Assembly (NCBI GenBank): GCA_963664195.1
Contig: OY760907.1
Span: forward strand, 1,632,001 to 1,696,000
DNA from: an uncultured candidate division Zixibacteria bacterium
GTDB lineage: Bacteria; Zixibacteria; MSB-5A5; GN15; FEB-12
Direction of reading: 5' to 3'
Length of the DNA: 64,000 bases
Below the pieces are notes generated by a model. That model was not told the DNA's origin. It was given only the letters and a program-made list of their open reading frames with translations, and made no database searches. The position numbers and the translations under genes are program-made. Positions 18,552 to 28,732 of the stretch are shown in pieces (the stretch's first letter is position 1; each line of letters begins with the position of its first letter).

Positions 18552-20624
18552 GTGGACCAGGCAACCGTACATAGAATAAGAAACATTGGCATTGTTGCTC
18601 ACATCGATGCCGGCAAAACCACGACGACCGAACGCATCCTGTTTTTCACCGGCATGATCCACAAGCTGGGCGAAGTACATGACGGACAGGCAGTCATGGA
18701 TTTCATGAAACAAGAACAGGAACGAGGCATCACCATATCCTCGGCCGCGATTACCGCCGACTGGAATGATCACCAGGTCAACGTAATCGACACCCCCGGG
18801 CATATCGACTTCACCCTGGAAGTGGAACGTTCGCTGCGCGTACTCGATGGGATCGTGATGGTCTTCTGTGCCGTCGGCGGTGTGGAACCGCAGAGCGAGA
18901 CGGTGTGGCATCAGGCTGACCGACACAAGGTGCCGAGAATCGCCTTTGTCAACAAGATGGATCGCACGGGGGCAGATCTGTTCAATACCGTCGAGATGAT
19001 GAACGAAATGCTTGGTGCCAACGCCGTCCCCTTTCAGATGCCCATTGGCGAAGAGGAGAACTTTGAGGGTATCATTGATCTCGTGACAATGAAGGCGACC
19101 TATTACGACGGATTGCAGCGCGTTGAAAAGGAGATTCCCGAGAACTTGCTGCCCAAAGCGCGTGAACTCCACGATCAGATGATCACCACCCTAGCTGATT
19201 ATGATGACCAGTTGATGGAGAAGTACCTGAACGAGGGAGAGATCACACCGGAAGACATAATGCCCGCCGCCCGCAAGGCCGTACTTGGTATTTGTATCAC
19301 CCCCGTATTTTGCGGGTCGGCCTTCAAGAACAAGGGCATTCAACTGCTTCTGGACGCGGTAGTCGACTATCTCCCGTCGCCCATTGATCGTGGGATCGTT
19401 ACAGGGCATGATATCGATAGCCCGGATACCGTTATTTCGCGGCGGCCGTCCTCAAATCGACCGTTCGCCGCCCTGGCTTTCAAGATCATCAATGATCCGT
19501 TTGTCGGTCAGCAGACTTTTATTAGAGTCTATTCCGGGGAGGCCAAGGCCGGATCTTATGTTTTTAATTCAACCCGGGGGAGACGCGAACGGATCGGGCG
19601 CATCATGCGCATACACGCCGGGGATCGACGGGAACTGACTGAGATAAAAGCCGGCGACATCGCCGCCCTGATAGGGATGAAATCGACAACCACCGGTAAT
19701 ACCCTCTGCTCTGAAAAAGAACCGATCATCCTTGAAAGCATTCACTACCCCGAAACCGTTCTTGATTTGCGGGTAGAACCGGAACAGAAAAGGGACCGTG
19801 AGAAACTGGGCATGGCGCTTAATAAAATAGCCCTCGAGGATCCTTCGTTTACGGCCAAGTTCGATGAAGAAACCGAGGAGACGGTCATCTCCGGCATGGG
19901 GGAATTACATCTTGAGGTTATCGTTGATCGCCTCAAGACCGAGCACAAAGTTGCCGTCAGAGTCGGTGAGCCCGCGGTTGCTTTCCGCGAGACGATCACC
20001 ACCGAACAGGGGCACACCTACAGGCACAAGAAGCAGTCCGGCGGTAAGGGGCAGTTTGCCCATATCGAGTTCCGCCTGGAACCGAATCCCGGCGAGGGGA
20101 TTGAGTTCGTCAACCGTGTCGTGGGCGGTCATATTCCGAAGGAATATATCCCCGGTATCGAAAAAGGTTTCCGGGAGGCTGCCACCAACGGTTTGCTGGC
20201 CGGTTTCCCTATGGTCGACGTCAAGTTCACTCTCATCGACGGTTCACATCATGAAGTCGACTCAAGCGAAATGGCTTTCCGCATCTGTACCACGCGGGCG
20301 TTGAAGGAGATCATTCACCGCACCGGTCCAAAGCTCCTGGAACCGATCATGAAAATCGAAATCAATACACCGGACGATTATGTCGGTGATGTCATGTCCG
20401 ATATCGGCCGCCGCAGGGGGAAGATCGACACGCTTCGCAGGTTCCGCAAGGGCGCTCAGAAGTTGGGCGGGAGCGTACCGTTGAAGGAGATGTTCGGGTA
20501 TGCCTCGACATTGCGTTCTCTTTCAAGCGGACGCGCGAACTTCTCGATGGAGTTTTTGAAGTACGAGGAACTACCCGGAAGCCTGGCCGAAGAGGTCATC
20601 GCCGCCCGGAACGAGAAGAAGTAG
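18552..20624 (+). CDS. fusA: Elongation factor G (stand-alone paralogue outside the str operon)
   Basis: [62 protein letters not shown]. Confidence 0.93.
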   Translation: MDQATVHRIRNIGIVAHIDAGKTTTTERILFFTGMIHKLGEVHDGQAVMDFMKQEQERGITISSAAITADWNDHQVNVIDTPGHIDFTLEVERSLRVLDGIVMVFCAVGGVEPQSETVWHQADRHKVPRIAFVNKMDRTGADLFNTVEMMNEMLGANAVPFQMPIGEEENFEGIIDLVTMKATYYDGLQRVEKEIPENLLPKARELHDQMITTLADYDDQLMEKYLNEGEITPEDIMPAARKAVLGICITPVFCGSAFKNKGIQLLLDAVVDYLPSPIDRGIVTGHDIDSPDTVISRRPSSNRPFAALAFKIINDPFVGQQTFIRVYSGEAKAGSYVFNSTRGRRERIGRIMRIHAGDRRELTEIKAGDIAALIGMKSTTTGNTLCSEKEPIILESIHYPETVLDLRVEPEQKRDREKLGMALNKIALEDPSFTAKFDEETEETVISGMGELHLEVIVDRLKTEHKVAVRVGEPAVAFRETITTEQGHTYRHKKQSGGKGQFAHIEFRLEPNPGEGIEFVNRVVGGHIPKEYIPGIEKGFREAATNGLLAGFPMVDVKFTLIDGSHHEVDSSEMAFRICTTRALKEIIHRTGPKLLEPIMKIEINTPDDYVGDVMSDIGRRRGKIDTLRRFRKGAQKLGGSVPLKEMFGYASTLRSLSSGRANFSMEFLKYEELPGSLAEEVIAARNEKK

Positions 20625-20643
20625 GGCTGTGACGGAACACTCT

Positions 20644-20668
20644 GGTAGCCCTTCCGTCCACGGGTGGG
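20644..20668 (+). repeat. REP-like hairpin A, copy 1
   Basis: GGTAGCCCTTCCGTCCACGGGTGGG: GTAG followed by an imperfect palindrome; similar copy at 22412-22437. Confidence 0.55.
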
Positions 20669-20684
20669 CGAATAACCAGTGCTG

Positions 20685-20727
20685 AAGCCCCCTCGAGTGC
20701 GGGGGCTTTTTCGTTGTGGTAATGTAG
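20685..20727 (+). repeat. 43-bp direct repeat, left copy (contains the fusA terminator)
   Basis: AAGCCCCC-loop-GGGGGCTTTTT...GGTAATGTAG; 36/43 ungapped identity with 22367-22409. Confidence 0.7.
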
Positions 20728-20799
20728 GTCGGAATATATATTCTAATCAAGCGAGTGGGGCATCGGCGTATACATCTAGAACCCTACCGCTAGTCGAAG

Positions 20800-20827
20800 A
20801 TCCGCCGAAAAAGGGCGGATGGGCCAC
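20800..20827 (-). repeat. REP-like hairpin with GTGG foot
   Basis: Minus strand reads GTGGCCC-ATCCGCC-CTTTTTC-GGCGGAT. Confidence 0.4.
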
Positions 20828-20888
20828 ATCCCTAGCAGAGCACAAGCCTTGGTGCTAGAAGCCGTGACAAAGTGAAAGAGTAGTCTAC

Positions 20889-21470
20889 ATGAAAGTTAAG
20901 TACCTACAGTTCATCATAACTATTGGAGCACTTTCAATTGCTGCGGTACATGTCAAATGGCCGACTCTTACGATTGATGGCATTACTACAACTCTAGTCT
21001 TTATTGCGTTGATTCCATGGTTGGCTCCTCTATTCAAATCGCTCGAATTCCCCGGAGGTTGGAAAATCGAATTCAAAGACTTCGAGCAAACTAGCGCTAA
21101 AGCTGACAAAGCTGGGCTGTTGGCAGATTCGTCCCATGACGGCTCTGACCAACGGTATTCGTTTCAGCTTGTGGCAGAGGATGACCCTAAGTTGGCTCTA
21201 GCCGGTCTTCGAATAGAGATCGAGAAGAGACTGACTGAAATTGCGGAGGCGGGTGGTATACAAGCCAAAAGGGCAAGTGTGAGCGGACTGCTACGGGTGT
21301 TGGGAGAGCGAGACCGTTTGACTCAAGAGCAACGCTCAGTACTCGCGGATATGGTGGGATTGCTTAATGCCGCGGTTCACGGCGGCCATATAGACGCCAG
21401 AGCTACTGCATGGGCATTGGACGTAGGTCCCCGATTGTTGGATACGTTAGAAGCAAAAGCGCGAGCCTAG
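20889..21470 (+). CDS. Hypothetical 2-TM membrane protein with helical, HEPN/DUF4145-like C-terminal domain
   Basis: Two N-terminal TMs, PWLAPLFKSLEFPGGWKIEF, DPKLALAGLRIEIEKRL, LNAAVHG (degenerate RxxxxH-like). More AT-rich than neighbours. Confidence 0.65.
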   Translation: MKVKYLQFIITIGALSIAAVHVKWPTLTIDGITTTLVFIALIPWLAPLFKSLEFPGGWKIEFKDFEQTSAKADKAGLLADSSHDGSDQRYSFQLVAEDDPKLALAGLRIEIEKRLTEIAEAGGIQAKRASVSGLLRVLGERDRLTQEQRSVLADMVGLLNAAVHGGHIDARATAWALDVGPRLLDTLEAKARA

Positions 21471-21532
21471 TATCTTCTGTGAGAGAGTGAATAGGTGGTC
21501 CGTGTGGACAAGACAGGAACTAAGGTGAGAGA

Positions 21533-22336
21533 ATGACCCAAGACAAGACATTAGGAGCTACAACTGTGAATCCACGGCCAAAACCGTATTTTGACAGCAA
21601 TGACCAACCGTGCTTAGAAGAGTCGGTGATTGTTGTTGCTGATGTTCTGGGGTTCTCGGCTTTGGTTGGAGAGGCCTTTGAGACGAAGAAGGAACTGGAG
21701 CAATTGGGGAGAATTCACAGTGCACTTGAGAAGGCAGCAAGAAACGTGTCCGGCCCCTCCGAGGGGGCCAAGTGGTTTACGAAGTTCTTCAGTGATAATG
21801 TCGTCATCGGTTACCCCTTTATTGGATTTGGGAATGGCCGTTTTGAGTTCCCTCAGGCGTGTCACAGCATTGGCCGTTTTCAGATAGAATTGGCTCTGAT
21901 GGGTTTCTTCATTCGAGGTGGAATAGCTGTCGGTCGCATACATATGAGTGACAATCTAATCTACGGACAGATATTGGAGGAATTGAAGCAGGCCGAAAAG
22001 AGGGCGTCGTCTCCACGTGTTGTCTTGCTTGACTCGGCGGTGGATCATATGATTTCCCTTTGTCCTGACCGTGGAGGACTGCTGAGAGACATTCTCTGGA
22101 ATGATACTTGCGATGATTCAGTGTTCGTGAACTACCTGTATCCACTGGGCGCGCGGAACGATGACAATCGTGGGGACGGTATGCTGAAACACAAGGAATA
22201 CATCGAATCAAACCTGAAGATTCACAGAGGCGATAACCGAGTAGTGCAGAAGTACAACTGGTTGTTGAAGTACCATAATAGATTCTGCTCTAACTCCGTA
22301 CACTGGAACGATAAGAAATACCTGATTGCGGTATGA
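21533..22336 (+). CDS. Class III nucleotide-cyclase-like protein (divergent)
   Basis: VVADVLGFS, FFSDNVVI, FFIRGGIAVG, IYG, PRVVL, KYNWL pattern with the two putative metal-binding aspartates. Confidence 0.65.
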   Translation: MTQDKTLGATTVNPRPKPYFDSNDQPCLEESVIVVADVLGFSALVGEAFETKKELEQLGRIHSALEKAARNVSGPSEGAKWFTKFFSDNVVIGYPFIGFGNGRFEFPQACHSIGRFQIELALMGFFIRGGIAVGRIHMSDNLIYGQILEELKQAEKRASSPRVVLLDSAVDHMISLCPDRGGLLRDILWNDTCDDSVFVNYLYPLGARNDDNRGDGMLKHKEYIESNLKIHRGDNRVVQKYNWLLKYHNRFCSNSVHWNDKKYLIAV

Positions 22337-22366
22337 CAACCATAGCGACCACCCGCCACAATGTGA

Positions 22367-22409
22367 AAGCCCCCGCTTGTGCCGGGGCTTTTTTGTTCTG
22401 GTAACGTAG
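22367..22409 (+). repeat. 43-bp direct repeat, right copy (terminator-like)
   Basis: AAGCCCCCGCTTGTGCCGGGGCTTTTTTGTTCTGGTAACGTAG; matches 20685-20727. Confidence 0.7.
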
Positions 22410-22411
22410 TG

Positions 22412-22553
22412 GGTAGCCCATACCGTCCTCGGGTGGGTTCACACATCGACACGTCGCGACCAACGCTATCATGGCTGGGGCAGACGAGGGCGTCTGCCGC
22501 CCACAAACAAAGTTTTGCGATAACACAAAACCACCCGCACTTGCGAGGGCTTT
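22412..22553. repeat. Cluster of REP-like hairpins
   Basis: GGTAGCCCATACCGTCCTCGGGTGGG (22412-22437); GGCAGACG-AGGG-CGTCTGCC followed by GCCCAC, a GTGG foot on the minus strand (~22479-22504); inverted terminator-like copy at 22528-22553. Confidence 0.55.
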
Positions 22554-22576
22554 CTTGCTTTTCTGAGTATTGGTTC

Positions 22577-23305
22577 CTACAGCCCCAGGTCCTTGAGCTT
22601 GCTCTTGGCGGCGTCTTCAAGTTTCTCAGTCGCCTCTGATTTCAATTCGTCAACCTTGGCATCTACGTCAATGCCCGGGAGGCCCTGGCCGCCGACGGTG
22701 GCTTTGGACAGGACTTCGGAGACGACCGTCTTGATAAGGCCGCCGACCGTTGTGCCTTCCGCGCCGCCGACGTTCGTGAGGGTAATATTCTCAACGGTGA
22801 ACGACTTGTCCGCCTGCTTCTTACCCAGAAGACTCAACGAAAGGTCGACACCGATATCTCGCAGCATCAGCTTGTTGACTTTCAATCGCTGTTCGGATTC
22901 CCCAGAACTGGATGTCTCGAATTTCTTGAGATTGTCCAGAATGCTGAGGTAGTTGCCTTTGCGATCGATCTGCTCAAGGCTCAGCCGAAAGCCCTCAAGC
23001 ACAAGTGAATCAACGACGACTTCATCTTCTAGGATCGAACCGCTGTTGACGTCGAGTAGCCCTTTCCTCAGATACAGGAAGTGCTCTCCCTCGAACCCCT
23101 CCGGGTTGCTGATGGAATAGTCGCTAAGACCAAGACTGCCCCCGGTGAGGTTCAGGTTGGCCGATCCGAGATCGGTCGGGACGCCCAGAACATAATCGCC
23201 GGATTCTTCAATAGCCGTTTCGATCAGGCTGTTGCGATACAAGTAGCCGACCGTCAGTCCGACCACGACCAGCACAAGCACGGTAAGGATCAGTTTCTTA
23301 ATCAT
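22577..23305 (-). CDS. Short AsmA-family protein
   Basis: N-terminal anchor; beta-rich GVPTDLGSANLNL...ISNPEGF...VVDSLVLEG pattern. Confidence 0.72.
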   Translation of the reverse strand: MIKKLILTVLVLVVVGLTVGYLYRNSLIETAIEESGDYVLGVPTDLGSANLNLTGGSLGLSDYSISNPEGFEGEHFLYLRKGLLDVNSGSILEDEVVVDSLVLEGFRLSLEQIDRKGNYLSILDNLKKFETSSSGESEQRLKVNKLMLRDIGVDLSLSLLGKKQADKSFTVENITLTNVGGAEGTTVGGLIKTVVSEVLSKATVGGQGLPGIDVDAKVDELKSEATEKLEDAAKSKLKDLGL

Positions 23306-23433
23306 CTGAGACCTCTCGCAATTGAATCATGTTTGCCCTCAATGTGGACCGGATTGAATCCCGGCGCAAGGATTTGATACGGGCCGGGGAGACTCGGTCG
23401 GGTGCCGTGAACCAGTGTTATCAATCCTGTGCG

Positions 23434-24762
23434 CTAGAGATTCGTCAGCAGCTTGTTGGCCGGGGAAGATCTCAGGGTTTTCCCGAAATCGGCTAACGAC
23501 TTCCGCAGTGCATCCAACTCGTCACTGTCATCAGCGGGTAATTCATTCGATCCCGCATTCTCCAGCTTTTCGAGTACAAAGGCGATAGTGAACTGCCCTA
23601 TATCGCTGGCTGGTTGGAAAGCTGGTTCGCCTTCCGTTACGACCTGAGAGAACAACCCGGACTCAAGCAAGTCGGCTACCGCGTCCTGAGTTGTGGCTGT
23701 CGGCACCCCGAGTTCCGCAGCGATAGTTGAAACGGTTTTTGGTCCGGCGTCGTCGGCAAAAGATTTAACCACGTTGTGGGCAACGTTAAGCGAGAGCAGC
23801 TTTCGTTTGGCAGCGCTCAGTTCATGAAGTCTGGGCGCGTATTCGTAGCTGTCAACGTTTTGAATAGCACACGACAACTCTGCACCAAACAGCGCAATCA
23901 TCCAACTCAATTGTAACCATACGAGGAACAGCGGGAGTGCCGCAAAACCGCCGTAGATGGCATTGTAGCTGGAGACCCCCACCTGGAACTCGATAAACAG
24001 GATTTGCGCCAGTTGAAACGCCACACCGGCAACCAGGCCCGCGATCAATCCTGATCTCCACTTCACGGTCGTATTTGGTACAATGATATAGATGAATCCG
24101 AAAACGAGCCACATCAATACCCAGGGGATCAAGGTCAGTATCACGGCAAGAACGGAACTCGCGACTTCGGTCAGTCCCAGACTCTCGCCGAGGTTGGTAA
24201 TCTGCGAAGCAATGAGTACGGTGGCACTGCCAGACAAGATGAAGTTGAAGGGGGCGATGAGCATGATTGTCAAGTAGTCCGTGAACTTGCGGAGGACGGT
24301 GCGCCCCACCCTGATTCCCCAGATGTCGTTAAATGAGGCTTCGATATTTCCCATGACTCTGATCAGCGTCCAGAAGAGCAAGAACACGCCGATTCCGGCG
24401 ACAAGTCCGCCTTTGGTAGACTTCAGCAGCGAACCGGAGAATTCCAGCACCTGTCTGACGACCGCCTCGTGTTCGGCGAACTTCTCAAGCAACTGGCTTT
24501 CCAGTTTGCTCTGGTAGCCAAACCCTTTGGCAATCCCGAACAACATGGCCACCACCGGGACGACCGATAGGAGCGAGTAGAACGTGAGGGCTGAAGCTCG
24601 CAGGGCACAGCGGTGTTTGCCGTACCCCCGAATCGCAATCAAGCCGACACGCAGGGTCTTGACGGCAAGAGCTTTCGTGGTGGACAATTCCTTGGTGCGA
24701 ACTCGCCAGACTCCGGTCGACAAGTATTCCCTGACTTCACTGTACATGGTAAGAACGTTCAT
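23434..24762 (-). CDS. YihY/virulence factor BrkB family membrane protein with C-terminal winged-helix-like extension
   Basis: RASALTFYSLLSVVP, IEASFNDIWG, YIIVPNTTV, YNAIYGGFAALPLFLVWLQLSWMIALFGAE. Confidence 0.9.
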   Translation of the reverse strand: MNVLTMYSEVREYLSTGVWRVRTKELSTTKALAVKTLRVGLIAIRGYGKHRCALRASALTFYSLLSVVPVVAMLFGIAKGFGYQSKLESQLLEKFAEHEAVVRQVLEFSGSLLKSTKGGLVAGIGVFLLFWTLIRVMGNIEASFNDIWGIRVGRTVLRKFTDYLTIMLIAPFNFILSGSATVLIASQITNLGESLGLTEVASSVLAVILTLIPWVLMWLVFGFIYIIVPNTTVKWRSGLIAGLVAGVAFQLAQILFIEFQVGVSSYNAIYGGFAALPLFLVWLQLSWMIALFGAELSCAIQNVDSYEYAPRLHELSAAKRKLLSLNVAHNVVKSFADDAGPKTVSTIAAELGVPTATTQDAVADLLESGLFSQVVTEGEPAFQPASDIGQFTIAFVLEKLENAGSNELPADDSDELDALRKSLADFGKTLRSSPANKLLTNL

Positions 24763-24817
24763 CTTCAGCCGTTGACCTTGCCGCAGACGCCACAATTCGA
24801 TGTGCAGGGTAGCGAGG

Positions 24818-27800
24818 TCAGTCCTTTTCGAACTTTAGTATTACGTCGAATCCCGCTTCTTCTGCATCACCTTCGGTGAGTTGCAGGAATATCAATCTGG
24901 TTAGCTGGTATTCGAGGGTTACCAGTTCCGGTTCGAGGTCGTCATTCGTCGACGCACCAAAACTGCGCTGATAACTCATGAACAGATCGGGCGTGAGATA
25001 CTTGCCGACTACGATCGCTGCGCTCTCCAGATCCCCACCGGCCTTGATCTCCATCACGTCCATGTTGAGCTTTCTCCCCAGTGCACCGGCCAATTGCCCT
25101 GCGAGCATTTTGGCCGCTACGCCTCCTACCATCTTCTTGGTTCCGGACTCCCCTCCCAGCGTAGACTGCTGGCTCTGACTCAGCTCATCCAGGCTGCGTC
25201 CAAACACGATGTAAGAAACCGCGTCACCCTCCAATATCGCTACGCCGTCTAAACTGAATGCAATGACAGGCACCTGTGCGGTACCGGTTATGAGTAGCTG
25301 CAACTTCTTCTTTTCTCTGGTGGGGGTCCTCAGGACGTACAGTGTCTCGATATCCAGAGACGGATCCAAATACGAGCCTCCGTCAAAGGAGACCACACCT
25401 CGCTGCACTTTGAAGCGACGTCCGTACAGGTCGTAATGCCCACGTACTACTCTGATATCTCCAAACAACTCAGGCTCGCGCCCCTCCTGCACGATTTCAA
25501 GGTCGCCAGCAAGTTCCAGGCTGAGTTCGGGGCTTTTGATCCACGTGTTTTTCGGTATGGTGATCTTAAGATGCCCCGAAAGACGTCTCATCAGATCTGC
25601 CGCGAGCGAATCAGGCGAAGAGGCGCTCCCGGCAATCGCATCGGTGTGGGAGGAATCTGTGGACGGCTCCTCTGTCGCGATCACCAACAACGGCAAGCCG
25701 GCATCGTCCAGAGGTGATTCTCCCATGTCACCTATGAGTGCCGGCAGGTAGAAGCGCGATCTATCGACGGCAATCGTTCCGCTGTACGTTGCGGCGCTGT
25801 CAGTACCGGAGACACCGACGTTTGACGTCAACTGCACTTCGTAATCTCGGTGCCGTACGACAAAGAACTTCTTTGTCACGAGGTCTATTCGAGAGGATCG
25901 AATCCGTCCGGCTATCAGACTGCTATCGTAGTCCAGGCCGCCCGACAGGCGGAACTTGCCCTTGTCTCGTCGCATCGTCACACTGTCAATAGCAATGCGG
26001 TTTGGCTGGAATGACAGGCCGACCTGGATGCCATCGTATTTCACTCCGTACTTCGGGGCTACCACGTGACCGTTGTTTACGGACATGGTTCCGACTATTG
26101 TAGGATTCTGCAAAGTCTGCGAAACGGTAAGATTGCAGTCGATGAACCCGTCTGCCTCTTCCACAAGTCCGTCTCCGATTTCGAGAACACTTAACGGCAG
26201 GCTGTCCAGCATGACATTGATTCGCACGGGACGATTCCCGTCAACAGAGACCTGGCCGCTGTCTAGTAGTACGGGGACGGTTCCGGAAATTCTCATGCTG
26301 TCGTTGGCGGTTGTTTTCAGATTAAGGAGGAAACTGCAAAGACTGTCAGCAAACGACAGTTCGCCGGCGACTCTGCGGATATCGTATTGGAACACTCGTG
26401 CGTCCGATATGTCAAAATGACCTGCAACGACGGGTTGTTGCAAAGTGCCGGTAAGAGTAGCCCCAATTGACAGAGAACCCTCAATCTCCTGCTCCGCAAG
26501 GCTTCCCAGAGGGGTCAGATCAATGTTGTCCGCTGCGACGGTGATGTCCGACTCTTGATGCAAGTCGAGTACACCGTCAATCCGTATCGTCTGCTGTCGA
26601 TCTTCAGCGGATGACATTTGAAGGTCCTGAACCGCATACCGTGCCGTGTCGACTTCGATTGTTGCGCCGGGCTTGTCAAGCGACCAACGCTGAGCATCAT
26701 AGGTGAAAGCTAGGTCATCGAGGACCAGCGTAGTGACACTGTCGAATTCAACTACAGTCTTGATTTGTGACTCAAGCAGAGAGTGCCATACCGATGCCTC
26801 CACAGCGGCGGAGTCGACGGTGAACTCTCCTGAAACCGACGCACTATCCAGCAATACGTCGCCCGACTTGACCGCCTTGACAAATATCTTGCCCTTGGCG
26901 TCAATAGTGCTGTCTGCAAGGTCCACTATCACATTCCCACCGGTCGCCCCGACAGTAATGTCTTCGTACGCGATTTCCTCGAATTCATACGCGGCATCGA
27001 TATGCTGGCGTTCCATATTGCCGGACAAAACCCCTTCGATCCTGCCTTTCAGCCGCACGTTGTTCACGCCCAGGTACCCGGCCAACATAGAAGTATCGTT
27101 CACATTGACGACACAGTTGATCAGACCTTCTTTGCCGTTGTTGAGACTACCGGAAACTACAACTGCGGCCGACGACGTAACAACATTGAGGGTGTCGATA
27201 TCCACCTCATCGGCGGAAAAACTCGCGAGCACCCTGGCCACATCAATATCTAGCCACATTATCCTGGACGGCGCGAGCGTCAGATCGATTTTGCCTGCCG
27301 CCGTTTCCAGAGAGGAACCGACACCAGAGAGTTTCATATGGGCATTGATATCGGACTCCAGGGAGTCGTTGAGTTGTACTTGTCCGAGGTCAATGTTCTT
27401 CAGGTCAGCCACCAGATCGTACTTCGGAGAATCCAGTATGTCGCTAATGTCTCCAGTGACTTGTGCGCGACCAAAAACACCGGCGGTTGACAGACTGCCG
27501 GTGGCATCTCCTTGCCCGAATGAAACATCAAAGGAGAGTTCGTTCACCGTGTGTCTTTCTACTCGGCTTCCCGACAAATCGGCGACAAGGTTGACTTCTG
27601 CCAACTGTGGATCGATGCCCGTCCCTTTGATTGCAAGTGTGCCATTGAGCAGGAAATCGAGTGGTGGGTCGGGCAGCCAGTGCTTGCCAGCTATATTCTG
27701 TAAGTTCAGTTCGGCCTTATACTGCAACACCTGCTGAGAGACGCTGTCCAGTATGCTGCTGACCGGACTTGCTGATGCCGTAAGGTCGAGCCTGTCGATT

Positions 27801-28732
27801 GCCTGTGCCACAGCGCAGCGTACGGTCATTGTGTCGTTTTCAAGCGACGCATTGAACGTCATATCACCCTTGATATCGGGTATGTCCTGGGGGAGGAAAG
27901 CTTTGAACTCGTCCAGAGAAATGGGTGAAACGACAATCTGAGCGCTGTTCCGGGTGGCTGCTTTCGGATAGAAGATTCCAGACGCCTCAATGCGATTGCC
28001 GACCGTCGCCAGCATCAACTCTCTCAGCATAATCGCAGTCGTGTCGACGCTGGCCCCCAGGCGACAATCTGTAATACGCACTTCGGGCTGTGCGGTGGCC
28101 AAATGCAGCTCGTGTATCTCTACACGCTGTCGGTCTTGCTCATAAGTAGCTGTCAGATGCAAGCCCAGGTCCACGAGACGCCGCGGGATGATTTCATTGA
28201 ATCCCTCTATGTCGGCAGAGACTCTTGTCAGAGCAAAGTCCTGGAGAACGATGTCATAACCGGATGATTGGTTGGCCGTTTCCTCCGAAGGTGTGCCCGT
28301 GTCGCCAGGGACCAGGTGCTCAAAGTTCCACGAGGAATCCTCCGCTTGAGACGCAAGGCAGTAGACCGAGTCAACCGTAACGGAATCTATCCGTACGGTG
28401 CCACTCCACAGGGCGGTGATATCGTAGCGTGCGTGAACTGTTTTGACAGAAAGGATGGTGTCATTTTCAAGTACCACCGAAATGTCAGACAGCGTGACAT
28501 TCGTGAAGAGGTTTCCGTCGAGTTCACCAATTGAGACCTCGCCCGTCAGACTCTCGTTGGCAGTACTGACAATCATGCCACACAGCCAGGATCGGAATAT
28601 GCCGGTCTGAGTAAATAATCCCGCGAGTATCAGGAGAGCAAGAAAGCCAGTGGCGATCCAGAATGCAATCCGCATGAAACTGAAGCGTCGCTTGCGGGCG
28701 GAGCCGGATTCCGAGGATGATCGCGCTACCAC
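24818..28732 (-). CDS. tamB: Translocation/assembly module TamB-like protein
   Basis: N-terminal TM, long beta-taco repeats, C-terminal DUF490-like region (RGHYDLYGRRF, VGKYLTPDLFMSY); directly downstream of a TamA-like gene. Confidence 0.85.
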   Translation of the reverse strand: MVARSSSESGSARKRRFSFMRIAFWIATGFLALLILAGLFTQTGIFRSWLCGMIVSTANESLTGEVSIGELDGNLFTNVTLSDISVVLENDTILSVKTVHARYDITALWSGTVRIDSVTVDSVYCLASQAEDSSWNFEHLVPGDTGTPSEETANQSSGYDIVLQDFALTRVSADIEGFNEIIPRRLVDLGLHLTATYEQDRQRVEIHELHLATAQPEVRITDCRLGASVDTTAIMLRELMLATVGNRIEASGIFYPKAATRNSAQIVVSPISLDEFKAFLPQDIPDIKGDMTFNASLENDTMTVRCAVAQAIDRLDLTASASPVSSILDSVSQQVLQYKAELNLQNIAGKHWLPDPPLDFLLNGTLAIKGTGIDPQLAEVNLVADLSGSRVERHTVNELSFDVSFGQGDATGSLSTAGVFGRAQVTGDISDILDSPKYDLVADLKNIDLGQVQLNDSLESDINAHMKLSGVGSSLETAAGKIDLTLAPSRIMWLDIDVARVLASFSADEVDIDTLNVVTSSAAVVVSGSLNNGKEGLINCVVNVNDTSMLAGYLGVNNVRLKGRIEGVLSGNMERQHIDAAYEFEEIAYEDITVGATGGNVIVDLADSTIDAKGKIFVKAVKSGDVLLDSASVSGEFTVDSAAVEASVWHSLLESQIKTVVEFDSVTTLVLDDLAFTYDAQRWSLDKPGATIEVDTARYAVQDLQMSSAEDRQQTIRIDGVLDLHQESDITVAADNIDLTPLGSLAEQEIEGSLSIGATLTGTLQQPVVAGHFDISDARVFQYDIRRVAGELSFADSLCSFLLNLKTTANDSMRISGTVPVLLDSGQVSVDGNRPVRINVMLDSLPLSVLEIGDGLVEEADGFIDCNLTVSQTLQNPTIVGTMSVNNGHVVAPKYGVKYDGIQVGLSFQPNRIAIDSVTMRRDKGKFRLSGGLDYDSSLIAGRIRSSRIDLVTKKFFVVRHRDYEVQLTSNVGVSGTDSAATYSGTIAVDRSRFYLPALIGDMGESPLDDAGLPLLVIATEEPSTDSSHTDAIAGSASSPDSLAADLMRRLSGHLKITIPKNTWIKSPELSLELAGDLEIVQEGREPELFGDIRVVRGHYDLYGRRFKVQRGVVSFDGGSYLDPSLDIETLYVLRTPTREKKKLQLLITGTAQVPVIAFSLDGVAILEGDAVSYIVFGRSLDELSQSQQSTLGGESGTKKMVGGVAAKMLAGQLAGALGRKLNMDVMEIKAGGDLESAAIVVGKYLTPDLFMSYQRSFGASTNDDLEPELVTLEYQLTRLIFLQLTEGDAEEAGFDVILKFEKD

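Noticed and set aside
20644..22553. Integron cassette array, or canonical CBASS/Pycsar call
   Set aside because: No attC-type RYYYAAC...GTTRRRY sites or integrase seen, and no CD-NTase or cNMP-binding effector motifs. Kept only as a hypothesis.
26703..27737. 344-aa Ser/Thr-rich plus-strand ORF
   Set aside because: Antisense shadow of tamB.
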